Origin: Nitrospirota bacterium | GTDB taxonomy: Bacteria > Nitrospirota > Thermodesulfovibrionia > Thermodesulfovibrionales > Dissulfurispiraceae | DNA: 64,000 nt | Assembly (NCBI GenBank): GCA_040754455.1 | Contig: JBFMCP010000001.1 | Location: 160,001-224,000 of the forward strand | Direction: 5' to 3' | Part shown: piece after piece, positions 1-10,034 of the stretch | Numbering within the stretch: the stretch's first letter is position 1 | Layout: each line of letters starts with the position of its first letter | Translations under genes and position numbers: made by a program | Notes under the pieces: generated by a model | Told to the model about the DNA's origin: nothing | The model's input: the letters and a program-made list of their open reading frames with translations, nothing else | Databases searched by the model: none

Positions 1-1764
1 AGGTGCGGTAAAAGAAGGATCAGGGTAGTTCCGCTCGAAATAGAGGAGCCGGTACGAGAGCATTCGGAAGCGGTGCAGTGTTGCACGGACATTTTCACCG
101 ACGGTGCCGAGGTCTTCGGCAATGATCATCGTCTTGTACCGTACACTTTCGAGGGCGATGATGCGCAGAAGGTCTTCCACCGGATAGGTCACATACGCTC
201 CCTCCGCTGCCGGCATACCTGAGGGTATCCAGAAGAGCCTGAACATGCCAAGGGCGTGATCAATGCGGAGTGCCCCGTTGTGTTTTATATTTTTCCGTAT
301 GATATCGGTAAAAAACTCATAGCCCGTCTCCCTCAGCCGTTCAGGAACGACCGGGGGGAAATTCCAGTTCTGGCCGTTGATGTTGAACTCATCCGGGGGC
401 GCACCGACGTTGATTGCGCCCGCCACGAGATTCTGGTAGCTCCAGCCGTTGCTGCCGCCCCCTATTGAGCCTATAGCGAGGTCATGGTAAATGCCCACCG
501 GCAGCTCAAGTGCAGCGGCGAGTTCCGCGCACTCCCGGTGCTGGACCTCGACAAGCCACTGGATGTACTTGTAGAAAAGGATATCCCGCTCGTTGTCGTC
601 TCTGAACTTCTGCACCGCGCTGCTCTGGGGATTATGGTACTCTGCGGGCCAGTCCTGCCACACATACACCTTCAACCTCGTATTCATATGCTCCCAGAGC
701 GCCTGGAAGAGGGCATACGCATCAAGCGGCGCACCCTCATACCGCACATACTCTTGGAACGCCCTGCCCCGTTCGGTATTCTTCAGGTAGTGGCGCTCAT
801 AAAAATGCTCAAAGGCATAGGCAAGTATGCTTTTCTTTAAGAAGGCGATCTTTTTATAATCGATCATCGCTTCATGCTTCACTTCCTGCAGCTCTTTTTT
901 AAAGACCTCGGAATCGAGGATTTTCTGCGCCTCTTCCGATTCAGCGACATCGGGAATATTGTCCATATCGAGGTAGATAAAATTCTTGTAGAGCCTGCTG
1001 ATGGGTGAATAGGGGCTTATACCATAGGGCTTCTTGTTTGGAATGGCATGGAGGGGATTAATGCCCACAAAGCCGCCTTTTAATCTCCCGGTCAGCCCGA
1101 TCAATCCTTTCAGATCGGTAAAATCTCCGACACCCCAGTTCCGGGCCGACCTGACGGCATAGAGATTGGCATAGATTCCCCAGGTCTTTCCCTCCTCCAG
1201 CGGTGGTGGAATATAGCATTGGTCAGGGGTAATGATGACCCTCGATTTCTTCTGAAGGATATTCTGTTCTCCAGGAAAGATGCGTTCCGGATGTTCGCAT
1301 GAAATAGTGATGAAGTAATACCCGATCTCCCTTTGTCCCTTGTCCTTAAGCGGGATCTTTACATAGCGGGTGCCATCTATCCATTGCTGGTCCGTAATGC
1401 CGATAGCGGCTCCGGAGAGCGTGAAGTCCTGCCTGTTCCTCTCTTCGTCCTCCACCGACCAGGAGATGGTAAGCTTCTGTTCATCTCCCTCCCTGAACGG
1501 CAGGTAAAGGGGAAGCTCGAAGGGTTGCTCGTTCACCGAGATGACGATCACCGGCTCGGTGACGCGGTTCCAGGGCCTGTTCCTCTGCTGCCTGATCTCT
1601 TGCTCTATGCTCTCGACAGAGCCAATATCCATTCCCATTGCCTGAAGAATGGCCTTCTTCGTCTCGATCGAAGCGATATGCTGCGTGCCGAAGGAATCCC
1701 AGTACTCAGGGACGATCCCGCACAGTCCTGCAAGCTCATGGATCAGTTCTTCATAGTGGTGCAT
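1..1764 (-). CDS. malQ: 4-alpha-glucanotransferase (amylomaltase), runs off the window edge
   Basis: Manual translation from ATG 1764: MHHYEELIHELAGLCGIVPEYWDSFG...WGIYANLYAVRSARNWGVGDFTDL...GINPLHA...SPYSPISRLY and later RIDHALGMFRLFWIP (GH77 motifs). Absent from the ORF track because it has no stop in the window. Confidence 0.93.
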   Translation of the reverse strand, partial: MHHYEELIHELAGLCGIVPEYWDSFGTQHIASIETKKAILQAMGMDIGSVESIEQEIRQQRNRPWNRVTEPVIVISVNEQPFELPLYLPFREGDEQKLTISWSVEDEERNRQDFTLSGAAIGITDQQWIDGTRYVKIPLKDKGQREIGYYFITISCEHPERIFPGEQNILQKKSRVIITPDQCYIPPPLEEGKTWGIYANLYAVRSARNWGVGDFTDLKGLIGLTGRLKGGFVGINPLHAIPNKKPYGISPYSPISRLYKNFIYLDMDNIPDVAESEEAQKILDSEVFKKELQEVKHEAMIDYKKIAFLKKSILAYAFEHFYERHYLKNTERGRAFQEYVRYEGAPLDAYALFQALWEHMNTRLKVYVWQDWPAEYHNPQSSAVQKFRDDNERDILFYKYIQWLVEVQHRECAELAAALELPVGIYHDLAIGSIGGGSNGWSYQNLVAGAINVGAPPDEFNINGQNWNFPPVVPERLRETGYEFFTDIIRKNIKHNGALRIDHALGMFRLFWIPSGMPAAEGAYVTYPVEDLLRIIALESVRYKTMIIAEDLGTVGENVRATLHRFRMLSYRLLYFERNYPDPSFTAP

Positions 1765-1948
1765 AGCAGACGATCTCTGGGCATTTCTAGAAATTAATAA
1801 GGATTACGAACAAAGATCGGAAGCCAACCGAAGCCAACCATAGTAAAGTGTATCAGATTATGCTTATCCAGTTAAGCTCTTTTATGTTATCGGCAAAGAG
1901 CCGGCCCTCTTGAGGGCAGCCGTTGTACCCATCGCTTCGAGCAGAAAC

Positions 1949-1973
1949 AAAAAGGGCCTGGTAGGCCCTTTTT
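1949..1973. terminator. Bidirectional intrinsic terminator
   Basis: AAAAAGGGCCT-ggt-AGGCCCTTTTT downstream of the 2006-2527 gene. Confidence 0.75.
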
Positions 1974-2005
1974 GCTTCTGTCTGAGTTCCCTCTGCTCTC
2001 TATAA

Positions 2006-2527
2006 TTAATGCTTGTGCTCTTCGCTCTTTTTCGGGGCCTCTTTCTTCGGCTCCTCTTGTGCCGGTGCTCCGTGCATCATGCCCCCCATCGGGCCTCCCA
2101 TCATGCCGCCCATCGGCATGCTCTGCATGGCGGTCATCATCTTGTCCATTCTCTCCATCATGGTCGACAGCTCCTGGGCCATCTTTTTCTTCTCGCCCTC
2201 AGGAACCCCCTTCAGCATGCGTTCCTGTATTCTCATCATGTCCTTCATCATATGCATCAGTTCCTGCTGCTGCATCATTCTTTGGCCCATCATTCCCTGT
2301 TGCATCATCTGCTGGCACATCTGCATCATGGGCATTTGCTGATCGCCACCGCCCATCATACCGCCTCTCATACCACCCATCATTCCTTGTCCGCCCATCA
2401 TGCCGCCGCCACCCATCATTCCCTGCTGACCCTGCTGCTGACCGGCTTTCTGATCTCCTGCAGTCTGTGCCCATGCCATAATACTTAAAGCAAAGAGAAA
2501 TACGATTGCAAAAAATACCTTCTTCAT
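2006..2527 (-). CDS. Exported Met/Gly/Gln-rich protein, probable Cu(I)/Ag(I)-binding
   Basis: Signal peptide MKKVFF...AWA; about 40 Met in 173 aa with GMMGG repeats; His-containing C-terminus; copper-cluster context. Confidence 0.75.
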   Translation of the reverse strand: MKKVFFAIVFLFALSIMAWAQTAGDQKAGQQQGQQGMMGGGGMMGGQGMMGGMRGGMMGGGDQQMPMMQMCQQMMQQGMMGQRMMQQQELMHMMKDMMRIQERMLKGVPEGEKKKMAQELSTMMERMDKMMTAMQSMPMGGMMGGPMGGMMHGAPAQEEPKKEAPKKSEEHKH

Positions 2528-2604
2528 GGTTCCACTTCCTCCGATATATTTTTTACATTATACAAAAAACAGTCTTCTTTTTTAAGGGGCAGAGTACAGC
2601 ACGT

Positions 2605-2814
2605 TTAACGTTTTTGCGTTACCTCCTCGCGGCTCTTTATTTTTCTCTTCCATCCCTGCAGTTCCTCTTCAGGGATGTCCCGTTCATTATGTGTTTTCGC
2701 ATGAATACGTGCGAGTTTCAGTACCTCTTCGTCGGTCTCACCTTCTGAAATGTAATCACAGAAAGGGCCCATTTCTCCTGCATCCCTGCATCTGAGGAAT
2801 TTTCTTTTTGCCAT
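2605..2814 (-). CDS. Small metal-binding protein, DUF1059-like
   Basis: CRDAG...CDYISEGETDEEVLKLARIHAKTH pattern; AGGAGG RBS. Confidence 0.75.
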   Translation of the reverse strand: MAKRKFLRCRDAGEMGPFCDYISEGETDEEVLKLARIHAKTHNERDIPEEELQGWKRKIKSREEVTQKR

Positions 2815-2948
2815 TGCACACCTCCTGATGGCTATTGTGGATTATGAGCATCGCTCATACGTTCGAAAGTCGACGAACAGGACACGTTGTTACTCAAAGT
2901 ATAGCTTCGATCTCCTCACACGGCAACATGCATCTTACGCTCTGCACG

Positions 2949-5024
2949 CTATACTTTCCTGATCTTCAGGAATTTCGCATTGATCGCCACAATAACGGTA
3001 CTGAGGGACATGAGAACAGCGCCCAGGGCAGGACTGAGGAGGATGCCGTAATTATAGAGGACACCTGCAGCAAGGGGGATGGCAAAAGCGTTATACCCTG
3101 TGGCCCAGGCAAGGTTCTGGATCATTTTCCGGTATGTTGCACGGGCGAGACCTATGATCGCCACCGCATCGAGCGGGTTGCTCCGTACCAGCACAATGTC
3201 TGCGGTCTCAACGGCAACGTCCGTCCCCGCGCCGATAGCAATGCCGACGTCAGCCTGGGCGAGGGCAGGTGCGTCGTTTACCCCGTCGCCGATCATCGCT
3301 ACGATGAGCTTTCTGGATTGCACCTCCTTCACCTTTGCCGATTTGTCCTGAGGCAACACCTCGGCGAAGTAATCATCAAGCTTCAGCTCCTCAGCTACCC
3401 ACTTCGCCACCAGACGGTTGTCGCCGGTGAGCATCATGCATTGTATCCCCATCTCTTTCAAGAGCGACACCGCCCGTTTCGACTCAGGCCGTATGATGTC
3501 GGCAAGGGCGATGGCGCCCTTCATTGTTCCGTCGATGACGACAAAGACAACCGTTTTCCCTTGCAAGGAGAGCCGCTCTATTCTCTCATCGGATATCGGC
3601 ACGCCCTGCGCCTTCAGGTATCCCGGGCTCACCACTTTCACTTCTCTCCCGCCTGCCGTTCCTTCTGCTCCCTTGCCCGGGATCGCCCTGAATCCCTCAA
3701 CAGGATAGGTTTCGGGAAATGAGGCAACGATGCCTTTTGCAATGGGATGTTCCGAATGCGTCTCTATCGATGCAGCGTATTTGACAAGCTCTTTTTCGCT
3801 GATATCGTTTGCAAATACAAGGATGTCAGTGACACCGAAACGTCCCTCGGTAAGGGTACCGGTCTTATCGAAGATGATCGCTTGGATGTTCCGTGCCCGC
3901 TCAAAAGCGGCACGGTCGCGTATCAGCAGCCCGTTCGACGCCGAAAGCGCTGTCGAGACGGCAACCACAAGCGGAACCGCCAGTCCGAGCGCATGAGGAC
4001 AGGCGATGACCATAACCGTGACGGTCCTCTCCAGCGAAAAGGCAAGGTCCCTGCCCATGAGTCCGAACCATGCGAAGAGCGTCACTGCTCCACCACCCAA
4101 GGCGATGATCGTCAACCAGAAGGCTGCGCGATTTGCAATGTCCTGGGTCCTCGACTTACTCTCCTGCGCCTGCCGGACCAGCTCCATTACCTGCGAGAGG
4201 AAAGAATCCTTTCCGGTCCTTTTGATCTCGACCGTGATCGACCCCTCACCGTTGATCGCACCCCCGATAACCTTGCTGCCTGCTGTTTTATGTACGGGTT
4301 TGGATTCGCCGGTCAGCATCGCTTCACTCACGGAGGTCTCACCTTCGACCACTTCTCCGTCGGCGGGGACCTTTTCACCCGGCTTCACCAGAACCTTGTC
4401 GCCGACAGCGAGCGTCGCAAGGGGCACATCACGGGTGCTGCCGTCGGGCATGATCCTATGCGCTTCTGCAGGCATGAGACGAGCAAGCTCTTCGAGGGCG
4501 CGCGAGGCGCCCATTACCGACCGCATCTCGAGCCAGTGTCCGAGGAGCATGATGTCCACCAGCGTGGCGAGCTCCCAGAAAAAGTCCATGCCGGGGAGCC
4601 CGAAAACGACGGCGCTACTGTAGACATATGCCGCAGTGATCGCAACAGCGACCAGGGTCATCATTCCGGGCCGCTTCTCTTTCACCTCATCGAAAAGCCC
4701 CCTCAGGAAAGGATACCCTCCGTAGAAGAACACGAACGATGAGAGGGCAAACAGCACGTAGAGATCGCCGGGGAAGCGGAGACTGTCGCCCAGCCCGAGG
4801 AACTGCTGGATCATGTGCGAGAGGGCGAGGATAGGGATGGTAACGAGTAATGAGATCCGGAACCGCCTTTTGAAATCCTCGACCATGTGCGCGTGATGCG
4901 TAGCATGACCTTTGTGCTCGACGGCACGATGCTCGCCGTGCATCGCATGGCCCTCATGCGCATTGCGCATCATTCCGTCATGCCTGTGTTCTGTATGGTG
5001 CGATTCCTGATTACTGTGCTCCAT
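2949..5024 (-). CDS. copB: Copper-translocating P1B-type ATPase (CopB-like, His-rich N-terminus)
   Basis: CPH transmembrane motif, DKTGTLT, TGES, GDGVNDAP, YN and MSLS motifs; His-rich N-terminus. Confidence 0.93.
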   Translation of the reverse strand: MEHSNQESHHTEHRHDGMMRNAHEGHAMHGEHRAVEHKGHATHHAHMVEDFKRRFRISLLVTIPILALSHMIQQFLGLGDSLRFPGDLYVLFALSSFVFFYGGYPFLRGLFDEVKEKRPGMMTLVAVAITAAYVYSSAVVFGLPGMDFFWELATLVDIMLLGHWLEMRSVMGASRALEELARLMPAEAHRIMPDGSTRDVPLATLAVGDKVLVKPGEKVPADGEVVEGETSVSEAMLTGESKPVHKTAGSKVIGGAINGEGSITVEIKRTGKDSFLSQVMELVRQAQESKSRTQDIANRAAFWLTIIALGGGAVTLFAWFGLMGRDLAFSLERTVTVMVIACPHALGLAVPLVVAVSTALSASNGLLIRDRAAFERARNIQAIIFDKTGTLTEGRFGVTDILVFANDISEKELVKYAASIETHSEHPIAKGIVASFPETYPVEGFRAIPGKGAEGTAGGREVKVVSPGYLKAQGVPISDERIERLSLQGKTVVFVVIDGTMKGAIALADIIRPESKRAVSLLKEMGIQCMMLTGDNRLVAKWVAEELKLDDYFAEVLPQDKSAKVKEVQSRKLIVAMIGDGVNDAPALAQADVGIAIGAGTDVAVETADIVLVRSNPLDAVAIIGLARATYRKMIQNLAWATGYNAFAIPLAAGVLYNYGILLSPALGAVLMSLSTVIVAINAKFLKIRKV

Positions 5025-5036
5025 GGCTGCTCTCTC

Positions 5037-5267
5037 CTACTGAATATCTTTCTTCTTTTCCTCGAACTCCTCTTTGCTTATCTCGCCTTTCGCGTACCGT
5101 TTCTTGAGGATATCGAGAGGCGTCTCGTCCTCACGCCCCCTCCCCCTTCCCGTGCCGGCAATCGTCTTCACGAGATAAACGATGCCGACGATTACCAATA
5201 TCCAGAAGACGACCATAAGCAATCCCCTCCCCCACCACCAGCCGTAGTAATCCCAGCCCCAATGCAT
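5037..5267 (-). CDS. SHOCT-domain small membrane protein
   Basis: One TM helix followed by [21 protein letters not shown]. Confidence 0.85.
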   Translation of the reverse strand: MHWGWDYYGWWWGRGLLMVVFWILVIVGIVYLVKTIAGTGRGRGREDETPLDILKKRYAKGEISKEEFEEKKKDIQ

Positions 5268-5389
5268 AGCCCTTACCTCCTTACCCCAAAGATATCACAA
5301 AATCCATGCCGCTGAAAGCGCGGGAAACATGCAGCTGCAATGCCTGTTCCTAGCCTCTGTACGCATTCCGGTTGTGATAAGATACCTCA

Positions 5390-6460
5390 ATGGATGCACT
5401 CGCCTATCTGCAGACAGGTCAAGTAACATGCCATGATACATTCGGCCGTGAGATCCCCTGTACCGGCAGCGGACAGGATGCGGAATTCAAACGAGGCATA
5501 TCCTGGCCGGTGCCGAGATTCGAACAGAAAGACGAGATGGTTTTAGACCGTCTCACAGGCCTGATATGGACACAGGATGCCAACCCCGCTGTATTCCCTG
5601 TGACCTGGCAGGAGGCCTTGGATTACATTGCTGATATGAACAGGGAGAGGACCTTCGGCTACTCCGACTGGCGGCTCCCCAACCGCCGTGAGCTCCGGAG
5701 CCTCATGAGCCATCAGACCAGGAAGCCCGCCCTGCCGGAGGGACATCCTTTCAGGAATGTCTTTTCTGGATGGTACTGGACTTCGACCACTGCTGCGATA
5801 AACACCGCCTATGCCTGGTACATCCATACGGAGGGGGCGCGGATGTTCTACGGCAACAAGGAGCAGTTTTTTCTGCTTTGGCCGGTGCGTGGTGAAGGAT
5901 ACAACATTCTACCTGCTACCGGCCAGACACAGTGTTACGATTCAGCCGGACGTCTTATCCCCTGTGCAGGCTCAGGCCAGGACGGAGAGTTCCGTATCGG
6001 GCTCGTATGGCCAGAGCCCCGCTTTGATGTTATAGGCGATGCCGTCATCGACCGCCTTACCAACCTCTGCTGGCTCAGAGAGGCAGATATTACAAAAGGA
6101 AGACCGGTAACGTGGAGCGATGCTCTCTCAGCCATAGCGCAGCTCAATCAAAGTTCTAAAGCATGCTGGCGATTGCCGAATATCAATGAGCTCGAATCTC
6201 TGGTTGACTGCAGCACTCATAGTCCTGCGTTACCAGACGGACATCCATTCAGCGGAACTAAAGAAGCATACTGGTCTTCAACCACGAGCATGTTCGAGCC
6301 TGACTGGGCATGGGCATTGTATCTCACTAAGGGCGCTGTAGGCGTCGGCCAGAAGTGGGGTGCTCATTTCCATGTATGGGCAGTGTGCGATGCTGCCGAC
6401 TGCAGACCCGGAGAAATATACGATTTGAATGCCCGTAATTCCAGCCATCCTCTTTGTTGA
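5390..6460 (+). CDS. DUF1566 (Lcl C-terminal) tandem-domain protein
   Basis: Two repeats of TGQ..C.D..G..IPC.GSGQD / DRLTxLxW / WRLPNxxELxSL / YWxSTT. Confidence 0.85.
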   Translation: MDALAYLQTGQVTCHDTFGREIPCTGSGQDAEFKRGISWPVPRFEQKDEMVLDRLTGLIWTQDANPAVFPVTWQEALDYIADMNRERTFGYSDWRLPNRRELRSLMSHQTRKPALPEGHPFRNVFSGWYWTSTTAAINTAYAWYIHTEGARMFYGNKEQFFLLWPVRGEGYNILPATGQTQCYDSAGRLIPCAGSGQDGEFRIGLVWPEPRFDVIGDAVIDRLTNLCWLREADITKGRPVTWSDALSAIAQLNQSSKACWRLPNINELESLVDCSTHSPALPDGHPFSGTKEAYWSSTTSMFEPDWAWALYLTKGAVGVGQKWGAHFHVWAVCDAADCRPGEIYDLNARNSSHPLC

Positions 6461-6618
6461 TGCAACTCTCTTTTGCATTTATACTTTTCTTATAGCAGAG
6501 AGATGGATACTCATCGATAAGCTGCCTGCCCCGATTTTCTCCTATCGGGGACTCTGAACAGTTGTGTAGCAGCGCTGTAGTGGGAAACAGAAATCCTGAG
6601 GCTTAAAGGAGGGTTGCA

Positions 6619-7233
6619 ATGAGAGGCGCAAACATAGTGCTTACGCTGCTGTGTCTGATAACCAGCCTGCTTCTAGCCGCAGTAGTCCTTGCAGGGGGGT
6701 ATATCTATCCGCCGTGGGAAGCCTCACCTGAAGGGGGAGTTGAATTCACGGTCCCGGGCATCGATAACATTCCGGACCTTTACGGAGATATCATCAATCC
6801 CGACCTGGTGGTCTTCTTCGGCGGCAACGAGTTCATGGTGATGCCCGAAATCATCCAAGCTTTTCAAAAAGCCTTTCCACAGTATAGAAAAATCTTCTAT
6901 GAAACCCTGCCGCCGGGTATCATCGAAGAGCAGGTGCGAAAAGGCAGTCTGGTGATCGGCAATCTGCTAATAGCATTGCGGCCAGACGTGTTCACCGGCG
7001 GGAAAGAAAAGATCAAAGAGCTCGAGACCGAAGGATGGTTTGACGAGACAGTGTCGTATGCAGGAAACCGCCTTGCCCTTATGGTGCGCAGGGGAAATCC
7101 CAAGAAGATACGGACCATTGGCGATTTAGGAAGGGATGATGTCAATGTCAGCATGCCAAACCCCGAAATAGAAGACATCGCAAAAAAGATCACTGCGCTC
7201 ACCTTCCTTCCTGCCGCTGTTATGCTTCCATAG
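6619..7233 (+). pseudogene. ModA-like periplasmic substrate-binding protein, C-terminally truncated
   Basis: Signal peptide, DLVVFFGGNEFMV, YETLPPG, NRLALMVRRGNPKKI; family-like sequence stops near 7190 and the frame then reads into an opposite-strand gene fragment. Confidence 0.6.
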
Positions 7234-7578
7234 TGCGTTGAAGTGAAGACGGTGCAGAAGATAGCTCTTTGGGAACGGCATCTTTGACGCGATGAGTTTC
7301 AGGGTCGTATCAAGGCCGTTGGTGCCTTTTCCCGTCAGGAATTCCACGCCGGCTGCAACGGCGAATGCAGGAACATACACCGATTCGGTATTGAAATTAT
7401 AAAGGGCTTCGAGGTTTATATCGCCGCTCCTGCTCCTGTCGGCATCGCCGATGAAGAACGAGGAGGTGAGAGTCGCCTGCCAGTTGCAGGCGAACCCGTA
7501 CTCCAGGCGGGGTTGCAGCACAAAGCGGTCTTCACTGTCGTCGGTCCGTTCGTAGCAGAAGAACTCCGGCATAATCAA
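7126..7578 (-). pseudogene. Internal fragment of a probable outer-membrane beta-barrel protein
   Basis: Amphipathic strands (PRLEYGFA, DINLEALYNFN, HRLHFNALW); no signal peptide; collides with the 6619 gene near 7190. Confidence 0.5.
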
Positions 7579-7599
7579 CCCTCGCCTATTAGGAATGGC

Positions 7600-7944
7600 T
7601 CAACTCCTCGTCAGATCATCCTTAATCTTCTTGAAATCCTCCTTGCTTATCTCTCCCCTGGCGTACCGTTTCTTGAGGATATCGAGCGCCGTCCCTTCTC
7701 CCTTAGCGCGGCCGAGCGGGCCTGCTGACGAGGCGAGCCATCGTATGAGGAGGATAAGTCCCACAATCACCGCGATCCAAAAAACGATCATGATGACCGT
7801 CCAGAACCACCCCATACCCCACCACATCATTCCAGGGCCCATCATGCCGGGACCCATGCCATAGCCATCATCTGGGCCATGTGCGGCCACAACGAGCGGG
7901 GCAAATACGACTGCTGAGACTAACAATCTGACTGCCGTTTCCAT
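7600..7944 (-). CDS. SHOCT-domain membrane protein with Met/Gly-rich segment
   Basis: [14 protein letters not shown] helix, [19 protein letters not shown]; paralog of 5037-5267. Confidence 0.85.
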   Translation of the reverse strand: METAVRLLVSAVVFAPLVVAAHGPDDGYGMGPGMMGPGMMWWGMGWFWTVIMIVFWIAVIVGLILLIRWLASSAGPLGRAKGEGTALDILKKRYARGEISKEDFKKIKDDLTRS

Positions 7945-8016
7945 ATCCTTGCACCTCCATCAGGTGTACTGTGCTTTGGGAGATTCCCCATTGGCTTTTC
8001 CCCAACTCTTTAGCGG

Positions 8017-8373
8017 CTACAGCTCTGCCATTTGTCTACATGAGTCAGCACACGTACGACACATATCGGCACAGGCCTTCGTCTGCTCATCATCGCCAAA
8101 CTGGTCGCAGCTCGAGGCGCGCCGGTCATTCACCTGGGCGCAGAGGCTGCATATCTGGCTGATGAATTCCGAGTTGCTCAACATATAATCTGCGCTTATG
8201 CGACAAATATCATAACAATTGAAAAGCAGTGCAATATGTGCCGGATCTGCGTGCTTTCCACCCATGTTAAGGCAATAGGTCGCCGTTTCTACGCAGATAT
8301 TACTACATGCAGTGCAATTGTCAATACATTGCTTCACCTTCGGCTCTTTTGCCGTTAGCACCGCCTGAGGCAT
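8017..8373 (-). CDS. Four-helix-bundle copper storage protein (Csp3/DUF326-like)
   Basis: 14 Cys in CxxxCxxC spacing; no signal peptide; AAGGAGG 8 nt before ATG 8373. Confidence 0.8.
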   Translation of the reverse strand: MPQAVLTAKEPKVKQCIDNCTACSNICVETATYCLNMGGKHADPAHIALLFNCYDICRISADYMLSNSEFISQICSLCAQVNDRRASSCDQFGDDEQTKACADMCRTCADSCRQMAEL

Positions 8374-8523
8374 AGTATTCACCTCCTTGAAAGCTAAGAC
8401 GTGCGGCAGGGAGTTTGATAGTACACTTCGGCCAATGGGGAATGTTTCTCGGGGTAGATGGGTGATCGTCTCTAAATAAAGTTTAGCACAATGTGGAGGT
8501 GCGTCAAATCAGGCTGCCACAAC

Positions 8524-8570
8524 AAAAAAGAGGAAGGATCCTTCGGAGGGGGCTTCCTGAGATCCTTCCT
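8524..8570 (-). terminator. Intrinsic terminator
   Basis: AGGAAGGATC...GATCCTTCCT stem followed by a U-run on the minus strand. Confidence 0.55.
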
Positions 8571-8643
8571 TCGCCCTCTTGCAACATGAGGAGAGGAAAA
8601 CTATAGCGAATTTATTCGCGTGCTGTAGCTGCTTTACCAGACC

Positions 8644-9102
8644 TTATTGGACAGCATTAAAACGCTTCATGGTATCGTTTATTTTCATATGCAGCTCGTG
8701 CATGTCCTGTTCGGTGGCAAAGCTTTTAAACATCATTTCAGACATAGCCGCCATTTCCGACGAGAGGTCATCCATCATCTCTGCCATGGTTTTCATTCGC
8801 TCAGGGCTCATATTCTTGTTCTCAGTCATCATATGGACGAGCTTCTGGGTCATCCCGTTTATGCTCTGCATCATGGGAACCAGATGCTTCGACATGCCGC
8901 TGTCCCATTGCTTAAGATCGTCGCCTCCCCCATGCGCCTCGTGCGTTCCTGCGGCAGCGTGGTCGTGCATGCCGCTCTGATGGCCCTGATGCATCATGGA
9001 ATGCCCTCCATCGTGGGAGCCGTGGTCTGCTGCACGCACGGAGAAAGCCCCTCCGAAAAGAATAGCTGCAGCGATGCCCCCGAATACCAAAAACTTTTTC
9101 AT
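8644..9102 (-). CDS. Exported His/Met-rich metal-binding protein
   Basis: Signal peptide; DHGSHDGGHSMMHQGH segment; Met-rich helical C-terminal part. Confidence 0.75.
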   Translation of the reverse strand: MKKFLVFGGIAAAILFGGAFSVRAADHGSHDGGHSMMHQGHQSGMHDHAAAGTHEAHGGGDDLKQWDSGMSKHLVPMMQSINGMTQKLVHMMTENKNMSPERMKTMAEMMDDLSSEMAAMSEMMFKSFATEQDMHELHMKINDTMKRFNAVQ

Positions 9103-9169
9103 GGTACCTCCTCGTCTAGTGCTATTTGCTCAGCACGATTCCTGCTTTTATGTGTCCGCAACATCGTTT

Positions 9170-10027
9170 TTAACCGTCTGACGGCCTCAGATCACGGACT
9201 CCACTGCTCTCACTGCCTCCACTGCTCTGATGTTGAGGCTCTTCATAAACATTTACGACAAGGTCAACCTTTCGTACGATGCCGTTATGTTTAAATTCAG
9301 CAAAAATCGCATGTTTGCCGGGTCGCATGAAGACAAAGCTCACGGCGACTTCAGGGCCTCCGAGATTTTGCTTCGAAGTGGCATAAATGAATTCCTTGAG
9401 GTCCTCATCCCAGGCGGCAACTTGCATGTCAGTGCCCCCGATCTTTTCAAGTCCTTTGATCGGAGTGCCGTTATAGCTCAACTCATAGAGGACAGTAACC
9501 ACGTGCTCGGCATAAATTTTTCGGGGGATGAGCTTGGCTTTGACGCTGTATCCCTTATCGTCCTCGTGTCCGAACGCCTCATGGCCGGCTCTGCGGCCTT
9601 TAACATTGATATCTTTTCTCAGATTGATCCAGCCATTTCCTGCATTGAATACCGCCTCGATCCTGTATTTGCCTGCCCATGGCGCATTATAGACAAACCT
9701 GTACCGGCCGTTATTGAATTCAGGTTTGATATGCTTGTAGGCATGAAGCTCTTTATCAGTGATGAAAACATGGAGATCTCCTATCGCCTCTCCTGATTTC
9801 GAATTAATTGAGAATCCGAAGTCGGCAGGTTCTCCTGCGAGTGGCTGACCGGGCTCCAGAATAAGTTCATACTCGTGGGGATTTACCTGCACATTCCAAA
9901 TATACGGCTTCTCGTTATGGGTATCAGGAATCACCAGCACTTCCTGTCCGAAATCAAGTTCCGCTTGTGCATCAAAGGAGGCCGCGAGCAACAATAAAAA
10001 TACCATAAGAATCTTCTTTAAATTCAT
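9170..10027 (-). CDS. Exported protein with two Ig-like (YtkA-like) domains
   Basis: Signal peptide; LHVFITDKELHAYKHIKP and F..PGKHAIFAEFKH patterns of the kind seen in metal-associated secreted proteins. Confidence 0.6.
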   Translation of the reverse strand: MNLKKILMVFLLLLAASFDAQAELDFGQEVLVIPDTHNEKPYIWNVQVNPHEYELILEPGQPLAGEPADFGFSINSKSGEAIGDLHVFITDKELHAYKHIKPEFNNGRYRFVYNAPWAGKYRIEAVFNAGNGWINLRKDINVKGRRAGHEAFGHEDDKGYSVKAKLIPRKIYAEHVVTVLYELSYNGTPIKGLEKIGGTDMQVAAWDEDLKEFIYATSKQNLGGPEVAVSFVFMRPGKHAIFAEFKHNGIVRKVDLVVNVYEEPQHQSSGGSESSGVRDLRPSDG

Positions 10028-10034
10028 AATTACC

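Noticed and set aside
256..1797. Plus-strand ORFs 256-468, 484-840 and 1333-1797
   Set aside because: Antisense shadows of malQ
1972..2488. His-rich and Cys/Ile-rich plus-strand ORFs
   Set aside because: Antisense read-out of the ATG-rich Met protein gene (CAT codons); the same applies to 8647-9294
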